DNA from: a virus
Length of the DNA: 64,000 bases
IMG/VR virus record: IMGVR_UViG_3300032047_000006
Coordinates: 17,441-81,440 of that record
Strand: one strand, 5' to 3'
Part shown: piece after piece, positions 19,001-28,700 of the stretch
Position numbering within the stretch: the first letter of the stretch is position 1
Layout of the letters: each line of letters starts with the position of its first letter
Program-made: the position numbers and the translations under genes
The notes under the pieces: generated by a model
Database searches by the model: none
Told to the model about the DNA's origin: nothing
Seen by the model: only the letters and a program-made list of their open reading frames with translations

Positions 19001-22000
19001 AGGGTATGAGAAGGATGATGATGATAATCCTGTTCTCACGAAACCTATTAAAACAACCGTTGATATAAAGGAGAAAGTACCTGTAAGTTCTCTAAAAAGT
19101 TCTCATGATTCATATCAAATAAATGAGAGTTCGGAAATTAAGATTCCTTTATCATCTCCATCCGCCGAGGCAAGTGAAATATCGGCAATTTTACAAAAGA
19201 ATAAGGATGATAAAGAAGGAATTCTCACAGAAGCCGAGACAATCGTCGAGTCAGCACAACACATGTACGATTCCGTTTCAGAATCCGCCCTCAATAATGC
19301 GAGAGAGTTAGTGAGATGGAACAATTCACAAGTCAAGTTTGCCAAAGAAGCTGTGGAGCAGGCTATAAAAGATGTCAAAGCAGAAAATATCACCAACGAG
19401 GGACTCAACAAAGTTCGAGAAGACACAGGGCAAGAAGGCGGCTTCATCGTGTACAAGACACCACAAGACAGCCCCCAAGTCAAAGCCGCCGAAGCCAAGC
19501 TATCGGATGCTGAACAAAAGGAACAAGAAGCCATCGGCGCATTGGAAAGAGCTGAACGGGCATTGATAGAAGACAGAGAGAGGCTTTTAAGGGAACTCTC
19601 GGAAGCAAAGTCGTCAAGGGATGAGGCACAATCAGATTATGACACCGCCGCAGAGAGTACTGAGCGAATAAAGCAACTGGAGTCTAATCTTGCAGAATTA
19701 AATAAATTTGCGATTTACAAGGAACTCACTCCGAGAGAGGTTGCGGAAAGAGAAGAGGCAGAACGACAACTCCACAGGGATCGACAGTTATTAGCTGAAC
19801 AGCTTCTTTCTCCTCCTCCATCTATAGGACTTCCCAAGGAAGCGGAGTATGTTCCACTTGAAGAAGAGGGTTGTGTCCCAGAGTTTTCACCTATGCCCTC
19901 CCCAACCCAGGGACTTAAAGGTATTTTTCAAGATCGCCCACCAGCACCAGAAGAAACTACGGCTGAACCATCGCAGCCGCTCTACAGTACTGCCCCTCCG
20001 CCTCCTTTTTTGGATGACACTCCATCGGTATATGATGTTGACGTGAGACCAGTCACAGGACAATCAATGCTTATTGGAGGTAAAGAATATTTTACAAAAA
20101 GGAGAGTACCCGAAGATATTATGCAATTCATGTCAACTTCAACAATGGAGGAGAGATATTCTGGAGTGTCTTTCTTTACTCAGCTTCTAAAAGATTCATA
20201 TCCACAGGGTTTTAATGATGAGCAGAAAAAAATTATTCCTATCATATATAAGGATTTGAAACATGAAATAATTGAAAATCTTTTTCGAATAGTTGCAAAA
20301 GGAAAGTATTTTGAGACATATGAGGGCACCGATGCTCTTGGGTATTTTGTAGAACTTATTAACTTAGGTCCAGCCGTTACAGACACTTGCGATCCACATT
20401 TGCTGAAATTAAAAAAACTTGTTGATGAAGTTTTAGAAGAATTTCAAGATGATTTTTGTTTAGACATGGAGGCTGAAAAATCAAACGGAGAAATAAGGAA
20501 GACTCCGCTTGAGGCATCGATGATGAAGGCTTGCGTGAAGGCGACACTCCGAGCATACTTGATAGACAATCTCTCAAGGGGGATATTCACCACAGCCGCC
20601 TTTGCCGAGACAGACTCTTTATTGAACTACAAGATGCTCTATATTATAGATAGAATTTCTGATGAACTCCGCCAGTATGGAGAGGATTATTATATGCTCT
20701 TTATGAAAGAAGTATCAGAATTAGATAAAGATAGGGCACCAGGAGAAACAGTTACGAATTCATTTGCAAGGCTTTTGAAAGGGGAATACAATGAGGTGTC
20801 AAGAGGTTTTCTGGAGGCTATATTTATAGATAGCTCTCAGCAAGCAAGTATAAAAGAAAAATTATTCCTTTCATTACCTTCTCTCACGATGTCGGAAAAT
20901 AAACTCCATATAGATATTGGAGAAACTGAAAAAGATTTAATAATACCCAGCCGAGACTATAATGACAGGAAAACCCTTCAAAACAACCTGGTATGGACAC
21001 ATCAGTATAAAATTGAGGACAAGTATTATTCAAGAGAAGATGCCGAAGAGCTTCAGAACACTTCACAGAAGAAGATTGAAGGGATAAAAACTAGCCTTTG
21101 TTGTCTAATCGAACCCGCCGCCGCCGACATGTTTTTGCTGCCCAATCATAACACTCCTCTGTCTACAGGCGTCAACGGCATGTGGAGAAATGTAGCACCC
21201 GTGTTTGATCAAATTGGAACCCAAGATTTATCAAGGAATGTATATATTCTCCCAATAACATCTTATGGCTGGAACGTTGAAAATAAATCAGGTGAAGATT
21301 TAGAGATACGTTCAATAAGAAAAATGATGAACACAATTAAAATGAGAACTCTTTTTGACTGGGCTTTTCCACTGGAAGATTATCAATCTTTAATTTCATT
21401 ACACGAAATGGCTCAATTATCAACAATACAAAAGGTAAACACCGTGTTCGGAGAGTCTAGAGATGAACTCCACAGTCTATTTTTCTCTGTGTTACCCGAG
21501 TCTGATGATTGGAAGAAAAACCCGAATGCACTGAACAATGTCGGCGGCATGGATAATTTGACAGCAATTTTTGATTATAATTTTGGACTCAAGGGTGTTC
21601 CATGTACAAATTTGAAGTGGAATATGGGATTGGGTGTAGAATGGGGCAACCCCTTTAAAGGACTCAGTCTCACTTTCGCACTCAAGGCGATACTTAACAC
21701 GTCCCTAATGCTATTCAAGGGGCATGTGGAAAGAATGGATCCAAATGTAATCTTGGCTAACCGGCTGTCCTTCTTATCTTCACTAGTGTGTCTAAATATT
21801 CCACCTACGGCATATTCTACACTCTTAATGATCCCATGGCCAGGCAATCCTTATATGCCCAACCAACTGAATGTCCTTTATAATGCTCTTGGGCTCGGAC
21901 TTTTCGATGCTAGTAAACAAGCAGAATCGACAGATAAGAAAAAGGTTAAAAAAGCATTGGAGAATAACGGTTTCGCTATGCCTGAGTATTGCGATGTAAG

Positions 22001-22064
22001 GGAAGAGCAGGAAGAACAAGCTACCACAGCATATTCAGAAGACACACTTCCGAGCTACGAATAA
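16020..22064 (+). CDS. Large virion structural protein with SH3b-like domain and coiled-coil insert
   Basis: 2014 aa; HVRTEPS...EVTVY...GDWAKV...GYILS SH3b pattern; located between spike and gp25. Confidence 0.7.
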   Translation: MSFKFTQEHAALSDQIAMQQHSERTGYDYGSSNYTFLRNYAESQAQFEDFAQTGRPLGKLIPRVGTITLNGLQAEISQADIDAYSAAHPQNVVTGQTRIKYVEMLQAGNSPTTSNSSPSTEQDETKGAAIRIRVIEINTGKFIKKEGFKTNEEYQKWVEESPVQAISASQTEGFDYDVTFPIQLDQEEATAEGAASPPATVTPSYPPEPSALTHKVSEISTHVRTEPSSTASIIDSLLLETEVTVYDESVGKNGDWAKVSRVYRGSSEIGVGYILSSELERKEGIIPAPINSEDDKSFRKSEISQIWTSKSDGIPYYDSSDAKYKVSITTDKKDVNVGIQKIYEEFLPKGVGLILDQEGKENTEEIINSLINTESYDNIARAEEFFLEPRSSSFVKILVTVPHKHLSLLEDKDLDKDNFYTYHEYDLEKFRENISKIIKKIDKVGTSVKRFKGEVKEFDSKEESLRMSMLYDNFRNLLKSNDVKFAPEHKGEILAIGWDRTDKVIFVSHTDPESNEIIATKEYLSLNAKTEMSSRRTQFLLQNMKELVSEGIGLPWKEFLETHVGFDKVTIVPKADPPKNSKSSEAEGPTAMTRAQFLAEEKFYLNKERRIEKIKERIKQRDFVGSVSKQDNYKKLKKELNSPLEDIYENVLSRIDLKSLLVSALQCAPMHGQLDILNLPDLIKDIDKIIDEAKKLFHELPTMFFDVDFPTDDISASFVKDLKNFITDMITALIASLVQSVFSSLIDFCPDVSGNEDSPMDPERLDLSALQAALDDMLGDGIRENIDVDSMMNFIEDLASMLSLQEYCDLVSGNPSDKALDIVMNLIRVEYCHLGLDTKAKVIEFFKLLAGTGKFDICDELNEILPPPSSLSPNEDPCEPDNLRRRILINKGMSDEQVQEQIRRERERTAKLARQLMDAMAGQPFQAPNLFCQKDAEGNIIPGATPFMDETFSVMMRETVESLFGPVYTTFQSDGQSYSDSLMEEVDATRIVITGYEKDDDDNPVLTKPIKTTVDIKEKVPVSSLKSSHDSYQINESSEIKIPLSSPSAEASEISAILQKNKDDKEGILTEAETIVESAQHMYDSVSESALNNARELVRWNNSQVKFAKEAVEQAIKDVKAENITNEGLNKVREDTGQEGGFIVYKTPQDSPQVKAAEAKLSDAEQKEQEAIGALERAERALIEDRERLLRELSEAKSSRDEAQSDYDTAAESTERIKQLESNLAELNKFAIYKELTPREVAEREEAERQLHRDRQLLAEQLLSPPPSIGLPKEAEYVPLEEEGCVPEFSPMPSPTQGLKGIFQDRPPAPEETTAEPSQPLYSTAPPPPFLDDTPSVYDVDVRPVTGQSMLIGGKEYFTKRRVPEDIMQFMSTSTMEERYSGVSFFTQLLKDSYPQGFNDEQKKIIPIIYKDLKHEIIENLFRIVAKGKYFETYEGTDALGYFVELINLGPAVTDTCDPHLLKLKKLVDEVLEEFQDDFCLDMEAEKSNGEIRKTPLEASMMKACVKATLRAYLIDNLSRGIFTTAAFAETDSLLNYKMLYIIDRISDELRQYGEDYYMLFMKEVSELDKDRAPGETVTNSFARLLKGEYNEVSRGFLEAIFIDSSQQASIKEKLFLSLPSLTMSENKLHIDIGETEKDLIIPSRDYNDRKTLQNNLVWTHQYKIEDKYYSREDAEELQNTSQKKIEGIKTSLCCLIEPAAADMFLLPNHNTPLSTGVNGMWRNVAPVFDQIGTQDLSRNVYILPITSYGWNVENKSGEDLEIRSIRKMMNTIKMRTLFDWAFPLEDYQSLISLHEMAQLSTIQKVNTVFGESRDELHSLFFSVLPESDDWKKNPNALNNVGGMDNLTAIFDYNFGLKGVPCTNLKWNMGLGVEWGNPFKGLSLTFALKAILNTSLMLFKGHVERMDPNVILANRLSFLSSLVCLNIPPTAYSTLLMIPWPGNPYMPNQLNVLYNALGLGLFDASKQAESTDKKKVKKALENNGFAMPEYCDVREEQEEQATTAYSEDTLPSYE

Positions 22065-22092
22065 TTAAATACATAAAAAGAACGAGTTAAAT

Positions 22093-22100
22093 CTAATTAT
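22093..22100 (+). promoter_or_regulatory. CTAATTAT motif (candidate late promoter)
   Basis: About 21 nt upstream of the gp25-like ATG. Confidence 0.6.
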
Positions 22101-22121
22101 GTGAGAGAAGGAGATTAATTT

Positions 22122-22520
22122 ATGGCATTCGGGCTATCACCAAAGTTACCACTACTGAGAGATCCACAAGACGGGTATACTCTGAATAAGAGTTATTCTG
22201 AAATGATCATTCAAAATTTAAAAATGTTGATATTAACAATCCAGGGCGAGAGAATAATGGATCCTGAATTTGGAGTAGGTCTTCGTAAGTACCTTTTTAG
22301 AAATAACACACCTTCGGTTCATTCAGAAATAAAATCACAAATAAGAAGTCAAATAGGAAAATATATGCCATTTATAGAAGTGGTGGAAATACAAGTTTCA
22401 GACACCAGTGAGGGTTATTCTGATGTCAACGGCTCTAATTCAATTTCTGTAAAAATGGAATTTATTATCACACCCCTTGAGTCTTATGGCACGTTGGAAA
22501 TAAATGAATCAGTCAACTAA
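22122..22520 (+). CDS. Baseplate wedge subunit, gp25/GPW family
   Basis: QNLKMLILT..GERIMDPEFGVGLRKYLF. Confidence 0.92.
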   Translation: MAFGLSPKLPLLRDPQDGYTLNKSYSEMIIQNLKMLILTIQGERIMDPEFGVGLRKYLFRNNTPSVHSEIKSQIRSQIGKYMPFIEVVEIQVSDTSEGYSDVNGSNSISVKMEFIITPLESYGTLEINESVN

Positions 22521-22524
22521 TTAT
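22517..22524 (+). promoter_or_regulatory. CTAATTAT motif (candidate late promoter)
   Basis: About 20 nt upstream of ATG 22545; overlaps the gp25 stop codon. Confidence 0.55.
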
Positions 22525-22544
22525 ATTGCCACTGAGGAAGCATA

Positions 22545-24383
22545 ATGAGTAAAAAGAGAACAGTATCTATTAAATATACGAGCAGAGAATTCGATACTAT
22601 CAAGGCAGACTTGGTTGAATATATAAAAAGGTATTACCCAAATTCATATAAAGACTTTAACGAAGCGTCTTTTGGCTCCTTGATGATTGATACTGTGTCT
22701 TATGTCGGAGATATTCTTTCGTTCTACATAGACTATCAAGCGAACGAAACCTACCTCAGTACTGCTACAGAATTCGATAACCTCCTCAAGATAGGAAAAC
22801 AGGCAGGATACAAATTTTCAGGAACACCGTCTTCCGTTGGACTTGCTTCTTTTTATGTAATGGTTCCTGCGACAACATCAGGCATCGGTCCTGACACAAA
22901 ATATATCCCTGTCTTAAAGAAAGGCGCATCAGTGTCGACTAAGTCTGGAAATTCGTTCATACTCAGTCACGATGTTCACTTTGGATCTAATAACAATGAA
23001 ATTAGAGTTGCTAGAGTTGATCCAAATTCAGGTGATCCGACTTATTATGTAATAAAGGCGTTCGGAGAAGTTGTTTCAGGAGTTATAGATACTGAGTTTG
23101 TCACTGTAGGTTCATTCGAGAAGTTTAAAAAAGTAAGGTTGGAATCATTGGATATATCTGAGGTAATTTCTGTCAAAGACGCCGAGGGAAATGAATATTA
23201 TGAAGTAGACTTCCTATCGCAAAATATTATATACAAGGGTGTTACAAACAGAAGCAAAACTCTAGGAAATCAGTCACTTGATTATAATACAGGAGATCAG
23301 TCTTCAGAAATACTGAAGCCCGTAGTTGTTCCACGAAGATTTGTTACCGATCGCTCAAGAAGAAGGACTGAATTAACTTTTGGAGCGTCATCTGATTATA
23401 TTATGCCAAACGATATGATATCAGAACCCCAGTCTACAGTTTTGGAAGTTCACGGAAGAAATTATATACAAGACACCTCGTTTGATCCTACGAATTTGAT
23501 AAAAAGTGATAAGTTTGGAATTAGTCCTTCTGATACCATACTTACGGTAGAGTACAGGAGAAACTCTGCACAAAATGTAAATTGCAGCACTAATCAGTTG
23601 ACACAGACTGGAGACTATGAGATGGAATTTACAGATATTACGACACTCAACAGTGCTCAGATGACATTTATATCTACATCTCTGGAAGTAGACAATGAAG
23701 AGCCTATCATTGGCGATGTGACAATCCCAAATTCTGAAGAACTACGCCACAGGATAATGGGAACATTTCCTACTCAAAACAGAGCGGTAACACAACAAGA
23801 TTATGAATCTTTGATTTACCAAATGCCACCACGTTTCGGAGCAGTTAAGAGATGTCGAGTAATAAGAGACAATGATTCATTAAAGAGAAATATAAACATA
23901 TATATGATTTCGGAAAACGCCTCAGGTACACTTACAGAAGCAAATTCTGTATTAAAAAGGAACGTAAGGACTTGGATCCAAAAGAATAAGATGATAAATG
24001 ATACAGTCGATATTCTTAACGCAAAGGTGGTTAATTTAACTATCGATTTTGTTGCAGTCGCCTCAATCGAGTCCTCCAAGTATGATGTCCTCGCCGCCGC
24101 AAAAACAGCTTTAGCAAGAAGATTCACAAGGCATCCTGACATCGGCGAACCATTCTTCATAACGGACGTTTATAAAGAATTGAGGAAAGTAGACGGCATT
24201 ATTGATGTGTCGGACGTTAAGATAAATCAAAAAAATGGCATGACATCTGAAGGAAATTATTCTACAATAAGATTTGACATTAATAGAGCAATGTCAGCCG
24301 ACGGCAGATATATTGAACTGCCCAAGAATTTGATATACGAATTAAAATATCCAATTTTGGATATTAATGGGGTGATAGTATAA
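22545..24383 (+). CDS. Baseplate wedge protein, T4 gp6/baseplate J-like
   Basis: YTSREFDTIKADL...DFNEASFGSLMID..SYVGD.LSFY.D.QANE and QNRAVTQQDY. Confidence 0.9.
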   Translation: MSKKRTVSIKYTSREFDTIKADLVEYIKRYYPNSYKDFNEASFGSLMIDTVSYVGDILSFYIDYQANETYLSTATEFDNLLKIGKQAGYKFSGTPSSVGLASFYVMVPATTSGIGPDTKYIPVLKKGASVSTKSGNSFILSHDVHFGSNNNEIRVARVDPNSGDPTYYVIKAFGEVVSGVIDTEFVTVGSFEKFKKVRLESLDISEVISVKDAEGNEYYEVDFLSQNIIYKGVTNRSKTLGNQSLDYNTGDQSSEILKPVVVPRRFVTDRSRRRTELTFGASSDYIMPNDMISEPQSTVLEVHGRNYIQDTSFDPTNLIKSDKFGISPSDTILTVEYRRNSAQNVNCSTNQLTQTGDYEMEFTDITTLNSAQMTFISTSLEVDNEEPIIGDVTIPNSEELRHRIMGTFPTQNRAVTQQDYESLIYQMPPRFGAVKRCRVIRDNDSLKRNINIYMISENASGTLTEANSVLKRNVRTWIQKNKMINDTVDILNAKVVNLTIDFVAVASIESSKYDVLAAAKTALARRFTRHPDIGEPFFITDVYKELRKVDGIIDVSDVKINQKNGMTSEGNYSTIRFDINRAMSADGRYIELPKNLIYELKYPILDINGVIV

Positions 24384-25789
24384 TGTCTATAAAAAAGTTT
24401 CAAATAACCGCCGACACAACGATATACAATGCCTTCAAAGAAAACCTAAAGGATAGAGGTACAGAGGCGAACACAGGACTTTCGGACTCACTAGAGACTT
24501 TCTTCATATATGGGCAAACTCCAGATCCCAACGCCGCTGCCTCAGACAAGGTGGAAGAAGCCAGAATACTTTTGAAGCCTGATTTCCAAGGAATATTGGA
24601 CACATATACTAATTTCCCATCTGACACTAAATTTATCCTGAGGTTGTTCAATGCCGAACACCCATTCACCCTGCCTAAAAATTTTACATTAAACCTTTTT
24701 TCAATCGTTGATAGTTGGCTTGAAGGTTCGGGGTTAGACATGGAGTCATACAGAGATGTGGGCACTCCAAATTGGTTGAAAAAGGACGCAACCACCACCT
24801 GGGCGACATCTGGTGCAATAGATACATCAACTGCGCCTGTAATCACGTCTCAGACATTTAGTGAAGGTACCGAGGACATGTCACTAGACATAACCTCGTT
24901 CATGCAGGCAAACTGGGCAAACCTATCAGATCACTCTTTCGTGGTTTCCTTTCCGTCTTCAATAACAGACGGTGTAACGCAGACTTTAAATTTTTACACA
25001 AAGAAATTCTTTTCTCGCTCATCAGAATTCTTCTTTAAGCGCCCCGTTGTTGAAGCTAGAAAAGCAAGTTTTACTGGAGACGACAGAGGCAGATTATATA
25101 AGTCTTCACCACTGACTACCAATAACGAACAAAACTTATATTTATATAACACCGTTTCTGGAGTTAGAGAAAATATAACAGGTGACGTTAAATTGGAGCT
25201 ATTTTCAGATTCAACACTGGAGACATCAATCGTTGCAGCAGTTGACGCCACCCGCCCCGATACAGGCGTCTATAAGGCTGTGATCACTGTACCTGACACT
25301 GTTACGGTGGAAACCATATACGAAAAATGGACAGCAGGAGCCACGACTATAAAGACGGGTTCAATAAAGCTTCTAACAAGAGAGCCCGCCACTAATAACT
25401 CTGAAATTAATTATGTAACAGACATCACAAATATCAAGCCCTCCTATGCACCCACGGAGCAGGCAAGATTCAGGATTTACACGAGACAAAAAGATTGGAA
25501 TCCAACTATTTATACAGTAGCGAGCGAAGAATTAGAGAACTTGATTGTTGACAAAATGTATTATAAGATTATTCGTTTAATCGACGGCGAAACTGTCATG
25601 GACTATGGCATCGGCACACTTAATAATAACAAAGAACACACACTCATCTCTTATGACGCTCAAGGTAGTTATTTTGATTTTGATATATCGTCCCTCGAAA
25701 GTGGATATATGTATGGAATCAAATTGATGTTCTCCGTAGCTGGAGAACTAAAGGAACAACCAAATACTTTTAAGTTTAGGGTGGATTGA
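24383..25789 (+). CDS. Virion structural protein (DNRLRE-like beta-sandwich N-terminus)
   Basis: ADTTIY...ANTG...RILL, W.EG.G, W...W...G, DIT pattern; baseplate context. Confidence 0.55.
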   Translation: MSIKKFQITADTTIYNAFKENLKDRGTEANTGLSDSLETFFIYGQTPDPNAAASDKVEEARILLKPDFQGILDTYTNFPSDTKFILRLFNAEHPFTLPKNFTLNLFSIVDSWLEGSGLDMESYRDVGTPNWLKKDATTTWATSGAIDTSTAPVITSQTFSEGTEDMSLDITSFMQANWANLSDHSFVVSFPSSITDGVTQTLNFYTKKFFSRSSEFFFKRPVVEARKASFTGDDRGRLYKSSPLTTNNEQNLYLYNTVSGVRENITGDVKLELFSDSTLETSIVAAVDATRPDTGVYKAVITVPDTVTVETIYEKWTAGATTIKTGSIKLLTREPATNNSEINYVTDITNIKPSYAPTEQARFRIYTRQKDWNPTIYTVASEELENLIVDKMYYKIIRLIDGETVMDYGIGTLNNNKEHTLISYDAQGSYFDFDISSLESGYMYGIKLMFSVAGELKEQPNTFKFRVD

Positions 25790-28700
25790 TGAGTACCAAG
25801 GATTTATTCAATAAAAACAATAAAATACTAACAAAATCTGAAGCAAATAAGGTTAAGAAGGATATAGAGTCTTTTGAACTAGTAAACGATATATCAGAAG
25901 CTCGCACATCCCTACGTCCACGTGTTGATTATTCCAAGCCCGAGAATTTTGCAAAATACGGATCTGCGAAGAAATATTACGAAGATTCATTTCAAAGGAT
26001 ACATAGGACATTTCCATACGATGGTTCTAATTCAGAAATCCAGAAATGGTTAAATACATCGACTGGGCTAGACTTATGGATATATGAAAATATCTATCCT
26101 CGCTCCACAGGACATATTAAGTTACTTAATAACCAGTCCGTCACAGCCCAGGGCGGTCCCAATAAACAGCCCGGCATCACCGAAGGCGAGCAGCACGAAC
26201 TGTCAAAACAGTTTCCCTCGAAGCAAGGCAATTCGAATATATGGGATACTTCTGTTTATAGAAATTCAAACTTATATATGGCACCAGCCATTGGCAATAC
26301 GATCGAATTCTGGGCAAAAGTAGATGCCTCAGTTAATTCACCATTTACTGTCTTTAACTTAATAAGTGAAAATCAAGTATCGTCATTAATCTCGATGACA
26401 TATGATCCATCTACAGGGAATGTAACCTATAAATATAAAGATGATGCGGACAACGGCTTTTCATCCAATTCTGTATCCATCCCTGGCTTAATCTCAACTT
26501 CTTGGAATCATATAGCTATATCTTTTCAAAGTGTGAGCGATAAAGTTAATGTTGAAATATATAAAAACGGGCTAAGAATCCACGATGTTTCGGTAGGGGA
26601 TGCAATGACTACTGTATCCCAGTCAGAACTTTTCTTAAATATAAACGGCACATCCAATTCGAACAATTCTGCAAATGGACTTTATATCGACGAATTCAGA
26701 TTTTGGAAGCTCCGAAGAACAGAAGAACAGATCGCCAGACATTGGTTTACTAATGTCTACGGTGGCACAAACACTGACGACAATAAATATAGTACGGAAA
26801 CTAGAAACGTTGATATAGGTGTATATTATAAGTTTAACGAAGGAATAGTTTCTGACGCTACCATCGATGCAACTGTACTAGATTATTCTGGAAGAATTTC
26901 TAACGGCACAATCGTTAACTACACAGAAACAGTAAGATCAACTTTATCCGCCATTGATGAGTCTTCGCATACAACGGAATCGGAGGAAAAAGATCCGATA
27001 ATATATCCATCCCATCCGTCCTATATTTCTTCTCTTGACAGATATTCAAACGCCGGAAACAATTACGATATATCAAACAACGCATCTGTATTTCACACGA
27101 TGCCTGCTTGGATAATTGAGGAAGATGATGAACGGGGCAGTCTGAAAGAGTTGACACAAGTAATAAGTAGTTATTTTGACAACACTCATTTACAAATTCA
27201 GGAATTAACAGAGTTAAAAAAACCAGAATACTATAGTGCCACGTCCCCAGAAGATAGAGCATCTTATCTGGTAAAGACAGGAATCGAATCTTCTGGATTA
27301 ACCATACCAGATCTGTTTACAGAAGCCACAGCTCTAGAGGACATCCTTAGTCGCAACGAGAAAAGTCTCTTTGAAGAGAAGCTTCACGATATAAAGAACA
27401 CGATATATCAAAACATTTACAACAACTTGTCCTATATTTATAAATCTAAGGGAACAGAGAAAGCGTTCAGGAACCTGATAAGATGTTTTGGCATCGATGA
27501 CGAACTTGTTCGTGTTAATTTGTATTCTGACAACACAGATTATCTACTAGAAGATACAAGAAGAGTCGGCTCTACAAAGAAAAATTTTCTTGACTTTAAT
27601 TCGTCTACACGAGATCAGGCATTCGTAGAAACAACACAGGATTCTTTGAATCAATCGTCCACCGTATCATATATCAAGGGCGCAAGAACAAACTGGAAAA
27701 ACCTTTCAGCAACATTTGAAACAGAGCTGATGTTCCCAGGTTATATGGGAACTACACATCCTGAATATGCACCACCAACAAACACAGTTGAAAATATAGC
27801 ATCCATAGGCGTATATTCCTCAGGATATACTTCCACGGAACTGTGGAACCTGACAGCCATTAAGGAAGATAATAACCCTTATTCAAAAAATCTTAAATTC
27901 AGATTAGAGATGGAGGGGCAGACGCTAGATACACCTTATTTCAAAGATGTGTATGGTAATTCAAAGTGGAATGTTGCAGTTAGAGTAAAACCTAAGTCAA
28001 GTCTACCACTCGGCACCCAAGCATCTTCACTGGAATATGGTATTGAGTTGTATTGCCTAAGAACTACAGCCGACACGATAGAAGAGGAGATCTTGGTATC
28101 CGCCACCGTCACCACCTCTGGCTCATATTTAAGTTCTGATAAATATTTGAGGCTAGGAAAGGTTGTCGCTGATACCTCAAAATCTCTGAAGGTATCTTCA
28201 ACATTATTCTGGTATGATTATCTGTCAAACGATGAAATAAAAGCCCACGCATCTGACAGTTCAAATTACGGTAGATTGAATCCTACAGAAAGGGTATATT
28301 CCCACTTAACGACTTTAGAGGGAATTCCACTAACAAGAATGGACACCTTGGCGCTACACTGGGATTTCAACAATATCACAACTAGTGACGGATCCGGACA
28401 AGCTCTCGTTCAAGATCTATCGGAGGGAATTCCATCAACGTCATTGCCGCTAAATAGTAAAGCAATTCAATTCGACGGCGATATCACAGCCGGACAGACA
28501 GATCATGTCTTAGTATCAGACAGTGACGACTTCAGTTTCACATCTGGAGCAGGCACAGATACTCAGTTTTCCATCTCTGCATGGGTATATGTAGACGATA
28601 TCGCCACAGATAACGGACCTTTCGTATCAAAGGCACTTGTGCAGGGAGCAGGAGTTGATATTACAGAATACATCTTTAAACATGTTAACGGTAAGCTAAG

